Virus record (IMG/VR): IMGVR_UViG_3300046408_000003
Span: 1-43,730 of that record
Length of the DNA: 43,730 bases
Direction: 5' to 3' (one strand)
DNA from: a virus
Lineage: Duplodnaviria; Caudoviricetes
The notes below the pieces were generated by a model. That model did no database searches and had not been told where the DNA came from. It saw only the letters and a program-made list of their open reading frames with translations. This document shows, in pieces, positions 1 through 8,495 of this stretch. Numbering within the stretch: the first letter of the stretch is position 1; each line of letters begins with the position of its first letter. Both the position numbers and the translations under genes were made by a program.

Positions 1-127
1 CGCCGCTGCAACTGAAAAAGCATGACGGCCGAGCCGAAGCGCTGCTGCTCGCGCGCCTGGAATTCCACGAACAGATGGCGCGCTCTGGACTGAGCGCAGC
101 GGACGCGCCGTCGGTGTATTGACGCGC
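1..127. repeat. Terminal direct repeat (identical to 43604-43730); circular-assembly overlap
   Basis: CGCCGCTGCAACTGAAAAAG...GTATTGACGCGC is identical at both ends over 127 bp, a common assembler k-mer size. It lies almost entirely within the 3' end of the RuvC-like gene. Confidence 0.95.
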
Positions 128-148
128 GCGGCCGGTGTATCCTTTGGC

Positions 149-224
<76 letters not shown>

Positions 225-243
225 AACAAGATCGGGGTATCCC

Positions 244-3093
244 ATGCCGCTCGCGAACTGGACGTACGTCCCGGTCTACTGCAACGGATACGGCGGCCAG
301 GGCGGAACGGTCCCGGTCGGAGCGGTTCGTTTCGAAAGCGCGCAGGTTGTCATCGTCAACGGCCAGACCGTCGCGTTCCCTGAACCGCTGGTTTTTCCGC
401 TCGACGCGTCCGGCAACCTTTCGTGCATGGTCCCGGCGAACGACGACCCGAACATCCTGCCGACCTATGCCACCTGGCAATGGCTGGTCACCGAGGATTT
501 CGACGGCGGTCGACCGCCTTACCTGATCAACGTCCCGATCGCGCAGGTTTCGACCGGGATCAACCTGGCGACCGTCATTCCTGTGTACGGTCCGGGAACC
601 GCGATCCCGTCGCCGTCCGGTCCGGCGGGGCCACCGAATGTCCTGGCGGTTCGCAACGTCACGAAGATCGCGCCAGGCGGCACGCCGACCTTTGTTCTGT
701 CCGGAGCTTCGCCTGGCCAAACGATCGACGTCGGCCTGGTCACTGGCGACACCGGTGCGCAGGGAATCCAGGGCATCGGCGGAAACGGCGTCCTGACCAC
801 GATCGGGGCGCCGGCTTCCAGCTTCGGCAACGATGGCGACTACGCTTTCGACTACACCGCGCAGACCATGTACGGGCCGAAGTCGGGAACCTGGCCTGCT
901 GGGATCAAACTGGCGCCGACCTACGGAGATTATTCGGTCGCGTCGAACTTCCAGCGCGCGATTGCCAACATCAGCAACCCGGACACGCGCTATGACGTGA
1001 CCGTGGTCGGTAGCGCCGTCGAAATCGACCTTCGCCAGGCCGCGATTATGCTGCTCGGCACGAGGTTGCAGAATATCTTCCGGCGCCCTTCCCGCGTCTA
1101 TAGCGTGCAGGGATCGTTTGACGCCAGCGGATCGGCGGTTACGGTCAACAGCGGCGTGACGCTCGGGTTCGATCCTGGCACCGGCACCGGCGCCAACGTC
1201 CTTTTCAATGCGAGCGCATCGTCTTGGACCTGGCGAAGTGACGGCAACGTCGTCGGCTACAACTTGAACACCGGCGCTTCGGATGCGTCGATCGCCTACA
1301 CGCGAACAAGCGGATCTGCCACTACCTTCGTCGCCGGCGATATTGTCCGGCTCGAACTCACGGAAGATGCAAGCAGCGCCGGCACGCTTCGCGGATACAA
1401 GAACGGAACGCTGGTCTTTACCGGGACGGTCCTGGCTATTCCGCAAGGACGCATGGTCGCCGGGTTCCGCGGCATCGGCACCGGCGGCGCCTACCCGAAC
1501 GCGCAGCGCTTCACCGTGACCAGCGTTTCAACTACCGACCTGATTGCCCAAAGCGTAACGAGCGTGACCGTGACGAATCCCATCGGCAACGTGATCACCA
1601 CGCCAGGCTTGCCGGTCGGCTCGCTTCCGACGCCGGTCGACGATCCGAACGCCTACCTGACGCGCGTTGCGCCGTCCGGTTTCGAATGGCTTCCGATGAC
1701 GCCGCAGATCGTCGCGCGAGCCGGCGACGTCCGGTTGAATACAACCGTGCTCGGCGCAATCTTCCAGCGCTACCCGGCGATTGCGGTCGGCGGCCTTTCG
1801 GCCTATGTGTCCACGACCGGCAACGATTCGACCGCCAGCGTAGGAAATCCCAACCTGCCGTTCCTTACCCTTTCGGCAGCCGCGCAATCCGCGGCGACGC
1901 TGATTATTGTGAACGACGGCGCCTACGCGCCGCTGGATTACAAGTTCAACCAGGCGGCCGCGGGAACAATGAAGGTCTTCATGGCCATGAATCCTGGCCG
2001 CGCGATAATCCGCACGCCTGGCGATAGTCTGGCGGCCAATACCTGGTCGGCCGTCGGCGGCTACTCCGGGATGTATTCGACGCCGATCGCTTCGGCTTCC
2101 GGCTTGTCCGCATGGCTTGCCGGCGCCCCCCATCACGTCCGGTTGACCGATACCTTGGACAGCTACGGGTTCCCGGCGCGGTTGCAGAACTTCCCGGCGG
2201 CGAACACCGGCGCGGTCGCTGGTGCGCAGGCGGCCTTGTTCGCGGCCGGCACCGGGTTCGTTTGGGACGGCACGCTTGGCGTGAAAACGCTTTACGTCAT
2301 GCTCGGCGGCCAGAATGTCCAGGCGAACCGCGCGCGCCTGCAGGCGCTTTACTACAGCGCCGCGGCCACCGATCGCATTTTCATCCAGGGCGCCGGCCTG
2401 GTCTTCGAAGGGTTCTACATCGACGGGCCAGCCGTCTGGGCCGACGAATACAACAACTCGGGAACCTACATCCCGGCGTCCGGCTGGTTTTCGAACTCCT
2501 GGCTGATCAACTCGACCAGCTACGCGGTCGAAGGGGATAGCAACTGCCTTCTCGTTGTCGATAAATGCCGGATCCACGCGCCGTTCCAGGACGGCGTGAA
2601 CTCCGATAGCACGCGGAACGGTTCTGGCGCGACCGCTCGAGCGTCCGTAACCGGCTGCTTCATCACCCGCGCCGGTGACGTGGACACGCAAGGCACCGGC
2701 GTGAGCCAGAACCGCCAGGCCATCAGCATCCATTCCGGCTACGGCTTCCACGCCGGCAACGTGTACGAACAAAGCTGGGGCCAGGAACGCGCCGACACGG
2801 CCAGCGGTTCCGGACCGTCGGCAACCTGGGAACTTGCCTGCGTTGCCCGCAACGGCGATACCAGGATCGGATCGGCCCGCACCGGGTTCGGGTTCTACGC
2901 CGGACCAGGAAGCAATCGAACGGTCAACCTCGACACCTGTTTCGGCTTGAACGAAGGCGCGAACGCCTTGTACCTACAGGACGCCGGCGGCTTCCACGTC
3001 GTATCGAAGACCTTCAATTGCACTTTCGACCAGCCGATTGTCCGGGTGGGCGGCGCCGCGGCGCCCATCCCGTACACGCCGGACTCCCCGTAG
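244..3093 (+). CDS. Large fibre/tailspike-like virion protein (collagen-like linker, lectin/SPRY-like region, probable beta-helix)
   Basis: 949 aa. N-terminal anchor-like segment (LDASGNLSCMVPANDDP...VTEDFDGGR), Gly-X-Y stretch GDTGAQGIQG, GAPASSFGNDGDY..D...YGPK fibre motif, YVSTTGNDS...PFLTLSAA motif that typically precedes right-handed beta-helices, and an N/G/S-rich C-terminus. Confidence 0.65.
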   Translation: MPLANWTYVPVYCNGYGGQGGTVPVGAVRFESAQVVIVNGQTVAFPEPLVFPLDASGNLSCMVPANDDPNILPTYATWQWLVTEDFDGGRPPYLINVPIAQVSTGINLATVIPVYGPGTAIPSPSGPAGPPNVLAVRNVTKIAPGGTPTFVLSGASPGQTIDVGLVTGDTGAQGIQGIGGNGVLTTIGAPASSFGNDGDYAFDYTAQTMYGPKSGTWPAGIKLAPTYGDYSVASNFQRAIANISNPDTRYDVTVVGSAVEIDLRQAAIMLLGTRLQNIFRRPSRVYSVQGSFDASGSAVTVNSGVTLGFDPGTGTGANVLFNASASSWTWRSDGNVVGYNLNTGASDASIAYTRTSGSATTFVAGDIVRLELTEDASSAGTLRGYKNGTLVFTGTVLAIPQGRMVAGFRGIGTGGAYPNAQRFTVTSVSTTDLIAQSVTSVTVTNPIGNVITTPGLPVGSLPTPVDDPNAYLTRVAPSGFEWLPMTPQIVARAGDVRLNTTVLGAIFQRYPAIAVGGLSAYVSTTGNDSTASVGNPNLPFLTLSAAAQSAATLIIVNDGAYAPLDYKFNQAAAGTMKVFMAMNPGRAIIRTPGDSLAANTWSAVGGYSGMYSTPIASASGLSAWLAGAPHHVRLTDTLDSYGFPARLQNFPAANTGAVAGAQAALFAAGTGFVWDGTLGVKTLYVMLGGQNVQANRARLQALYYSAAATDRIFIQGAGLVFEGFYIDGPAVWADEYNNSGTYIPASGWFSNSWLINSTSYAVEGDSNCLLVVDKCRIHAPFQDGVNSDSTRNGSGATARASVTGCFITRAGDVDTQGTGVSQNRQAISIHSGYGFHAGNVYEQSWGQERADTASGSGPSATWELACVARNGDTRIGSARTGFGFYAGPGSNRTVNLDTCFGLNEGANALYLQDAGGFHVVSKTFNCTFDQPIVRVGGAAAPIPYTPDSP

Positions 3094-3108
3094 CAACCAG
3101 GAACACGC

Positions 3109-3276
3109 ATGGCCAAGACTGCGAAAGACCCGATCGAGCGGAACTTCGCTCGGAATCCCGGAGCGATGGAAGGCGTCGCATACAAGACGCGCAAGGGCAA
3201 GCGCATCGCGAACGCCAAGCAGCGAAGGGACATTGACGGAACGGCCGCGCTCACGCGCGCAAGGTCGGCCGAATGA
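3109..3276 (+). CDS. Small basic hypothetical protein (55 aa, below ORF-track cutoff)
   Basis: AGGA RBS, ATG at 3109, MAKTAKDPIERNF...RARSAE*. The stop overlaps the next start (ATGA at 3273-3276). Confidence 0.6.
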   Translation: MAKTAKDPIERNFARNPGAMEGVAYKTRKGKRIANAKQRRDIDGTAALTRARSAE

Positions 3277-4850
3277 ACAAGCCAGCCGCACCGAAGAAAG
3301 TCGGGTTCCCGCTTTACAGGATCGTCCCGACCGATTCCCTGGTCCCCTACGCGAACAACAGCAGGACGCATTCGCCAGCGCAGATCGCGCAACTGGCCGA
3401 CCTGATCCGGGAGTTCGGCTTCACCAATCCGGTACTTACGGACGGCAAGCGCGGCATTCTCGCCGGACACGCGCGAGTTCTTGCCGCAAAACGCCTCGAG
3501 ATGGGCGAAATACCGACCATCGAACTGAAACACCTGTCGGCCGTCCAGAAGCGCGCCTACGTGATCGCCGACAACAAGGCCGCGCTCAACGCCGGCTGGG
3601 ATTCGGAAATGCTGCAGCTTGAGTTCGGGGAACTCGAGGCGCTTGGCTTCGATGTCGGCTTGACCGGGTTCAGCCAGGACGAGTTCGAGGCGCTTATGGC
3701 CAGGGCCGACCGATCGGCCGAGGCGGACAACCTGCCGCCAGTCCCGGTCAATCCGATATCGCGCGCCGGCGACGTCTGGCTTTGCGGACCGCACCGGATT
3801 ATGTGCGGGGACAGCCTGGTCGCCGAAGACGTGGAACGGCTCATGATCGGCCGCCGAGCCCAACTCATGCACGCCGATCCTCCATACGGCATGGGCAAGG
3901 AAGCCGACGGCGTCCTGAATGACAACCTGTACGGCCACAAGCTCGACGCCTTCCAGATGCGCTGGTGGCTGGCCTACCGCCGGTTCCTGGACTCAAATGC
4001 GAGCGCCTACCTTTGGGGGAACGCTCCGGACCTTTGGCGCCTTTGGTACGTCGGCGGCCTGGCCGACTCCGAACCGCTCACAGTCCGGAACGAAATCGTC
4101 TGGGACAAGAAGTCGATCGCTGGCATGGCATCGCCGGAACTGACCCAGTTCCCGGAAGCGTCCGAGCGTTGCCTGTTCTTCCAGATCGGCCGCTATGTCT
4201 TCCTGATCGGCCAGACGAAGGACGACTACTGGCCAGGATGGGAACCGATCCGCAAGGCGCTGGTCGACGAACGCGACCGGGCCGGCTTCACGAACGGCAA
4301 GGTCAAGACGATCTGCGGCAACCATATGGCGGGCCATTGGTTCGGGACAAGCCAGTGGTGCATGATTTCCCGCGAAAACTGGGACAAGCTCGCCGAAGCC
4401 GCTGGTGGTAAAGCCTTCACCCGTCCGTTTGACGAACTGCGCGCCGAGTATGACAACCTCGCCGCGATCTTCCGCGGCGAAGTCCGGCATCCGAAGGCCG
4501 AAGACTTTCGCGCCGGCCGGCCCTACTTCGACAACGCGCACGACACGATGCGCGATGTATGGGAATTCGGCCGCGTGACCGGCGAGGAACGCTATGGCCA
4601 CGCCACGCCGAAGCCGGTCGCAATGGTCGAACGGATGATGCTTTCCAGCCTTCGGAAAGGCGAATTGGTGATCGAACCCTTCGCCGGTTCAGGTTCAACC
4701 GTCATCGGCGCCGAAAAGACCGGCCGCGTTTGCTACGCGATGGAACTGGCGCCGGAGTACGTCGACGTGACCGTTCGCCGCTGGCAGGACTACACTGGAA
4801 AGCAGGCGATCAACGAAACGACCGGCGAGCCGTTCCCGGTTTCGGCCTGA
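3273..4850 (+). CDS. ParB-like N-domain + N6A/N4C DNA methyltransferase (beta class)
   Basis: LVPYANNSRTHS...FGFTNPVL...ILAGHAR...ADNK (ParB/Srx); DPPY motif IV; HATPKPV; EPFAGSGST motif I. Its position just upstream of terminase is typical. Confidence 0.92.
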   Translation: MNKPAAPKKVGFPLYRIVPTDSLVPYANNSRTHSPAQIAQLADLIREFGFTNPVLTDGKRGILAGHARVLAAKRLEMGEIPTIELKHLSAVQKRAYVIADNKAALNAGWDSEMLQLEFGELEALGFDVGLTGFSQDEFEALMARADRSAEADNLPPVPVNPISRAGDVWLCGPHRIMCGDSLVAEDVERLMIGRRAQLMHADPPYGMGKEADGVLNDNLYGHKLDAFQMRWWLAYRRFLDSNASAYLWGNAPDLWRLWYVGGLADSEPLTVRNEIVWDKKSIAGMASPELTQFPEASERCLFFQIGRYVFLIGQTKDDYWPGWEPIRKALVDERDRAGFTNGKVKTICGNHMAGHWFGTSQWCMISRENWDKLAEAAGGKAFTRPFDELRAEYDNLAAIFRGEVRHPKAEDFRAGRPYFDNAHDTMRDVWEFGRVTGEERYGHATPKPVAMVERMMLSSLRKGELVIEPFAGSGSTVIGAEKTGRVCYAMELAPEYVDVTVRRWQDYTGKQAINETTGEPFPVSA

Positions 4851-4879
4851 TCTTTTTCCCGTCCTAAAATCTGGCGACC

Positions 4880-5287
4880 ATGCAAGACGCAGAATCCACC
4901 ACCGGGCGACCGCCGCACGAACCGACCGACAAGACCAGGATGACGGTCGACGGCATGGCCGGCTGCGGCGTGCGGGAGGACGAGATTGCGCTGTTCCTGG
5001 ACATCGACCCGAAGACGCTGCGCAAGCATTACCGCCGGGAACTCGATACGGCGCACGTCCGGGCGAACACCGCGGTCGCGAACCGGCTTTACAAGCACGC
5101 GACCGGGGAAAGCGTCGCGGCAGCGATATTCTGGCTCAAGGCACGCGCCGGCTGGCGCGAGACGCAGGTCATCGCCTTCACCGAAGACGACACTCATGCC
5201 GAGCTTGCCGCGTCGCGCGCGAAGCTCGAAAAGCTGCTGAACGGCCAACCGACCGAACCGGACGAAAACGCCGATCCGGAGGAATGA
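4880..5287 (+). CDS. terS: Terminase small subunit (putative)
   Basis: GRPPHEPT...EIALFLDIDPKTLRKHYRREL HTH and AAIFWLKARAGWRE motif; immediately upstream of TerL. Confidence 0.8.
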   Translation: MQDAESTTGRPPHEPTDKTRMTVDGMAGCGVREDEIALFLDIDPKTLRKHYRRELDTAHVRANTAVANRLYKHATGESVAAAIFWLKARAGWRETQVIAFTEDDTHAELAASRAKLEKLLNGQPTEPDENADPEE

Positions 5288-5290
5288 TCG

Positions 5291-6640
5291 GTGGGGATCA
5301 ATCTTGACCGCCTGAGCGCGCGCGAACTGGTCATGCTCGCGCACGACTGGCAGGGTTTGATCGGCCGACCCGAGCAGCGCATTCCCGGAAACATCAACCC
5401 GAACACCGCAGACGGTTCCTGGGTCAACTGGTTCGTCCAGGCCGGCCGCGGCTTCGGCAAGACGCGCGTCGGCGCCGAAACGGTCCGCACCTGGTCGAAG
5501 ACGAACGCCTACGTGAACCTTATCGGCGCGACCGCAGACGACGCGCGCGACATCATGATCGAAGGCGAATCGGGAATCCTTCGGTGTTGCCCAACCTGGG
5601 AACGGCCGCGGTACATGCCGAGCAAGCGCAAGCTCATCTGGCCGAACGGCGCAATCTCGCTGATCTTCACGGCCGACGAACCCGAGCGCCTTCGCGGCAA
5701 GCAGCACAGCAAACTATGGGCCGATGAACTCGGCGCCTGGCAATACGCCGAAGCCTGGACGCAGGCCGAGCTTGGCCTTCGACTGGGGAGTAATCCGCAA
5801 GCAGTCATCACCACGACGCCGCGGCCGACGAAGCTCATCCGTGAAATCGTCGCCGACCCGAACACGCTGGTCACGCGCGGGACCACCTACGCGAACAAGG
5901 CGAACCTGGCGCCAAACTTTTATCAGAAGATCATCCGGAAGTACGCCAGGACGCGGCTCGGCCGCCAGGAAATCAAGGCCGAGCTGCTCGACGACAACCC
6001 AGGCGCCCTGTTCAAGCTGGCCGACATCGAAAACCACCGCGTGATCCGCGCGCCGGCGCTGCGCCGGATCGTCGTCGGCGTCGATCCGCAGGCATCCGCC
6101 GACCCCGAAACAGCCGACGACACCGGCATCATCGTCGCCGGCGTGGTCGACCAGGTTGGCAAGGACGGCGTCCGCGTGTCTCACGGCTACATCCTGGCCG
6201 ATCGGACGATGAACGGGACGCCTGGCCAGTGGGGCGCCGCGGTCGCGAAAGCGGCGAAGGACTCCGAAGCCGACCGCGCAGTCGCCGAGGTCAACAACGG
6301 CGGCGAAATGGTAGTCGCCACGATCCATACCGCCGATCAATACCTGCGCGTGCGCAAGGTAACGGCCACCCGCGGCAAGGCGATGCGGGCCGAGCCGGTT
6401 GTCTCGCTGTACGAGCAGGGACGTGTTCACCACGTCGGCGAACTGGGCAAGCTCGAAGACGAAATGACCAGCTGGGATCCGGACGATGAAACGGCCGACA
6501 GTCCTAACCGATTGGACGCGCTGGTGTGGGCGTTGTACGATTTAATGGTTGAGGCGCAGAACGACGACGGCATCGAAGGCATGAAGCGCGTCGCCGAACG
6601 TGATAAAGCCAGGGCCGCGGCCAGAAATCAAAGGGGATAG
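5291..6640 (+). CDS. terL: Terminase large subunit
   Basis: Walker A AGRGFGKT, Walker B WADE, coupling motif TTTP, nuclease VGVDP...DDTGIIVAG and SPNRLDALVWA. Confidence 0.95.
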   Translation: MGINLDRLSARELVMLAHDWQGLIGRPEQRIPGNINPNTADGSWVNWFVQAGRGFGKTRVGAETVRTWSKTNAYVNLIGATADDARDIMIEGESGILRCCPTWERPRYMPSKRKLIWPNGAISLIFTADEPERLRGKQHSKLWADELGAWQYAEAWTQAELGLRLGSNPQAVITTTPRPTKLIREIVADPNTLVTRGTTYANKANLAPNFYQKIIRKYARTRLGRQEIKAELLDDNPGALFKLADIENHRVIRAPALRRIVVGVDPQASADPETADDTGIIVAGVVDQVGKDGVRVSHGYILADRTMNGTPGQWGAAVAKAAKDSEADRAVAEVNNGGEMVVATIHTADQYLRVRKVTATRGKAMRAEPVVSLYEQGRVHHVGELGKLEDEMTSWDPDDETADSPNRLDALVWALYDLMVEAQNDDGIEGMKRVAERDKARAAARNQRG

Positions 6641-6644
6641 CGCC

Positions 6645-7631
6645 ATGTTCACGCGTTGCGGATCGTTCCGTCTGGCGCTCCTGGTCTTGCTCCTGGCAAC
6701 CTCTCCGGCCTTCGCGGCGCAGACCGTGCCGCTGGCCGCCGGTCGAACGGCGGCAACGTCATCCGACGTGACGAACCTGACCACCGGAACATTGACGATC
6801 TTCGCCAGCAACGGCTATGTGCCGGCGTCGGTTGCGATTCCGGTCTTCGCGGTCGCGAACGGCAAGGAAACCCAGGTCGGCATTCTGAGCGCCGCGCAGC
6901 CGGTGTTCATGATGATGGGACCGAGCGTGGTCTATCGCGAGAAACGGCCGGACATCACAGACCAGACCGTGAACGTCGGCGTCGCTTCCGATCTTGAACC
7001 AGCCGCATCATCCGGCACGCTTCCTGCGCTTGGGCAATCGAACCTGGCCGGCGGCCTTCCGGTTTCGCCGGCAAGCGACTGGCTGCTTCCGGCCTACGCC
7101 GCGACGCCTACGTTCAACATCGGCACGCTGAATGGCGCAGCCACGGCCGCCGGCGTTGCCGCGGTCAACACCACGCTCGGTTCGCCGTTCCAGGCAGGCG
7201 GTTCGATCGGCAACACCGGGTTCAACGTGACCGGCACATTGCCGGCCTTCACTGCGACGCCGACCTTCAATCCTGGCAACACCGCGAATACCACACCGTG
7301 GCTTTTCGAACGCACCGCGATCGCGCCAAGCGCCTCGAGCGCGGCCGAGGCGTGCCACGTCATCAAGGCAAGCGCCGGCACGCTCTACGCGGTTTCCGGA
7401 CTCGCTGGCCAGGCCGAATACTTCATGGTGTTCAACGCGACCAGCGCACCCGGCGACGGTGCGGTAACTCCGGTCTGGTGGGGCCAGGCGCTGACGGCTG
7501 GCGCCTGGTCCGTTACTTATCCGAACCCGCTTTCGATGTCGACCGGAATCACGATCTGCGCAAGCTCGACCGGACCGTTGACGAAGACCGCGATCAGCAC
7601 CGGCAACGTCTATAGTTGGGAGGCTCAATAA
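6645..7631 (+). CDS. Signal-peptide-containing fibre/decoration-like protein
   Basis: ATG 6645 after GGGGA RBS; N-terminus MFTRCGSFR-LALLVLLLATSP-AFA|A; internal repeat LPA(Y/F)xATPTFNxG; beta-rich C-terminal domain. Confidence 0.7.
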   Translation: MFTRCGSFRLALLVLLLATSPAFAAQTVPLAAGRTAATSSDVTNLTTGTLTIFASNGYVPASVAIPVFAVANGKETQVGILSAAQPVFMMMGPSVVYREKRPDITDQTVNVGVASDLEPAASSGTLPALGQSNLAGGLPVSPASDWLLPAYAATPTFNIGTLNGAATAAGVAAVNTTLGSPFQAGGSIGNTGFNVTGTLPAFTATPTFNPGNTANTTPWLFERTAIAPSASSAAEACHVIKASAGTLYAVSGLAGQAEYFMVFNATSAPGDGAVTPVWWGQALTAGAWSVTYPNPLSMSTGITICASSTGPLTKTAISTGNVYSWEAQ

Positions 7632-8488
7632 TGCGCAACCGTACCGCTCTATTCGCCGCGCTTGGCGCGCTCGCGATCGGTTCAGCGCAAGCGCAGCAGG
7701 CGACCTTCCCGTCTTCGCCGTCGTCCTTCGTCGTCACGACCTATACCGCGGCGTCGACGAACTACACGGTTCCGTCGGGCGTCAACGCTTGCCTGATGAC
7801 CCTTGTGGGCGGCGGCGCGCAAGGCGGCGGCGGCTATACCGCTGGTGGCGCCGGCGGCGGCGGCGGCGGCGGCACCACGATCGGACCGCTATGGATTCCG
7901 GTGACACCCGGCGCCACGCTCACGATCGCGGTCGGACAGTCGGTCAACGCGGCTGGCGCGGCTGGCGCACCTGGAACGAACGGCACGGCAGGCCAACCGA
8001 CGACCGTGACCGGCGCGCTTGTACCGGTTCCGCTTGCTCCTGGCGGATTGTCTGGCGTGGCAGGCGCTGTTTCGAACGGCGGCGCCGGCGGCGCGAGCAC
8101 GGTTCAGGGTTCCGGCGGCGGAGCATCGGCGGCTGGCGGAACCGGCGGCGTGGCTGCGGCTGGCGGAACCGGCGGTTCGTCGGTTTCGGTCGGACCGTCC
8201 ACGTCCGGTACTGGCGGCGGCGGTGGCGCATCATCCGCAGCTTCCGGCGGCGGCGCGAGCAAGTCCTGGTTGTCGTCCACCTTCCTGACCAATGGCGGCA
8301 CCGGGACTGCGGCCGGCGGCGCTGGCGGCGCTACACCGTATGGAAGCGGCGGCGCTGGCGGCGCGGCCGGCAACCCTGGTGCTGCTCCTGCAGCATCGAC
8401 CTATGGCGGCGGCGGCGGCGGCGGCGCGGCTGGCCAGGCTGGCGGCGCGTCGGCCGGCGGCATCGTCATTTTGCAGTGCGGCGGCTGA
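7631..8488 (+). CDS. Signal-peptide-containing glycine-rich (tail-fibre Gly-rich type) protein
   Basis: TAATG coupling to the upstream gene; MRNRT-ALFAALGALAIGS-AQA|Q; YTVPSGV...VGGGAQGGGG...VTPGATLTIAVG...GGIVIL, the pattern of phage glycine-rich fibre domains. Confidence 0.75.
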   Translation: MRNRTALFAALGALAIGSAQAQQATFPSSPSSFVVTTYTAASTNYTVPSGVNACLMTLVGGGAQGGGGYTAGGAGGGGGGGTTIGPLWIPVTPGATLTIAVGQSVNAAGAAGAPGTNGTAGQPTTVTGALVPVPLAPGGLSGVAGAVSNGGAGGASTVQGSGGGASAAGGTGGVAAAGGTGGSSVSVGPSTSGTGGGGGASSAASGGGASKSWLSSTFLTNGGTGTAAGGAGGATPYGSGGAGGAAGNPGAAPAASTYGGGGGGGAAGQAGGASAGGIVILQCGG

Positions 8489-8495
8489 TCCAGCC

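Noticed and set aside
1-127. 127-bp terminal repeat as a biological DTR
   Set aside because: The length equals a standard assembler k-mer and it begins mid-gene. It shows circularity, not the packaging ends.
119-143. TTGACG/TATCCT as a standard sigma70 promoter
   Set aside because: The spacer is 13 nt, and the start would fall at or inside the tRNA 5' end.
7800-8460. (GGC)n runs as a DNA repeat element
   Set aside because: They are explained by poly-Gly codons of the glycine-rich protein.
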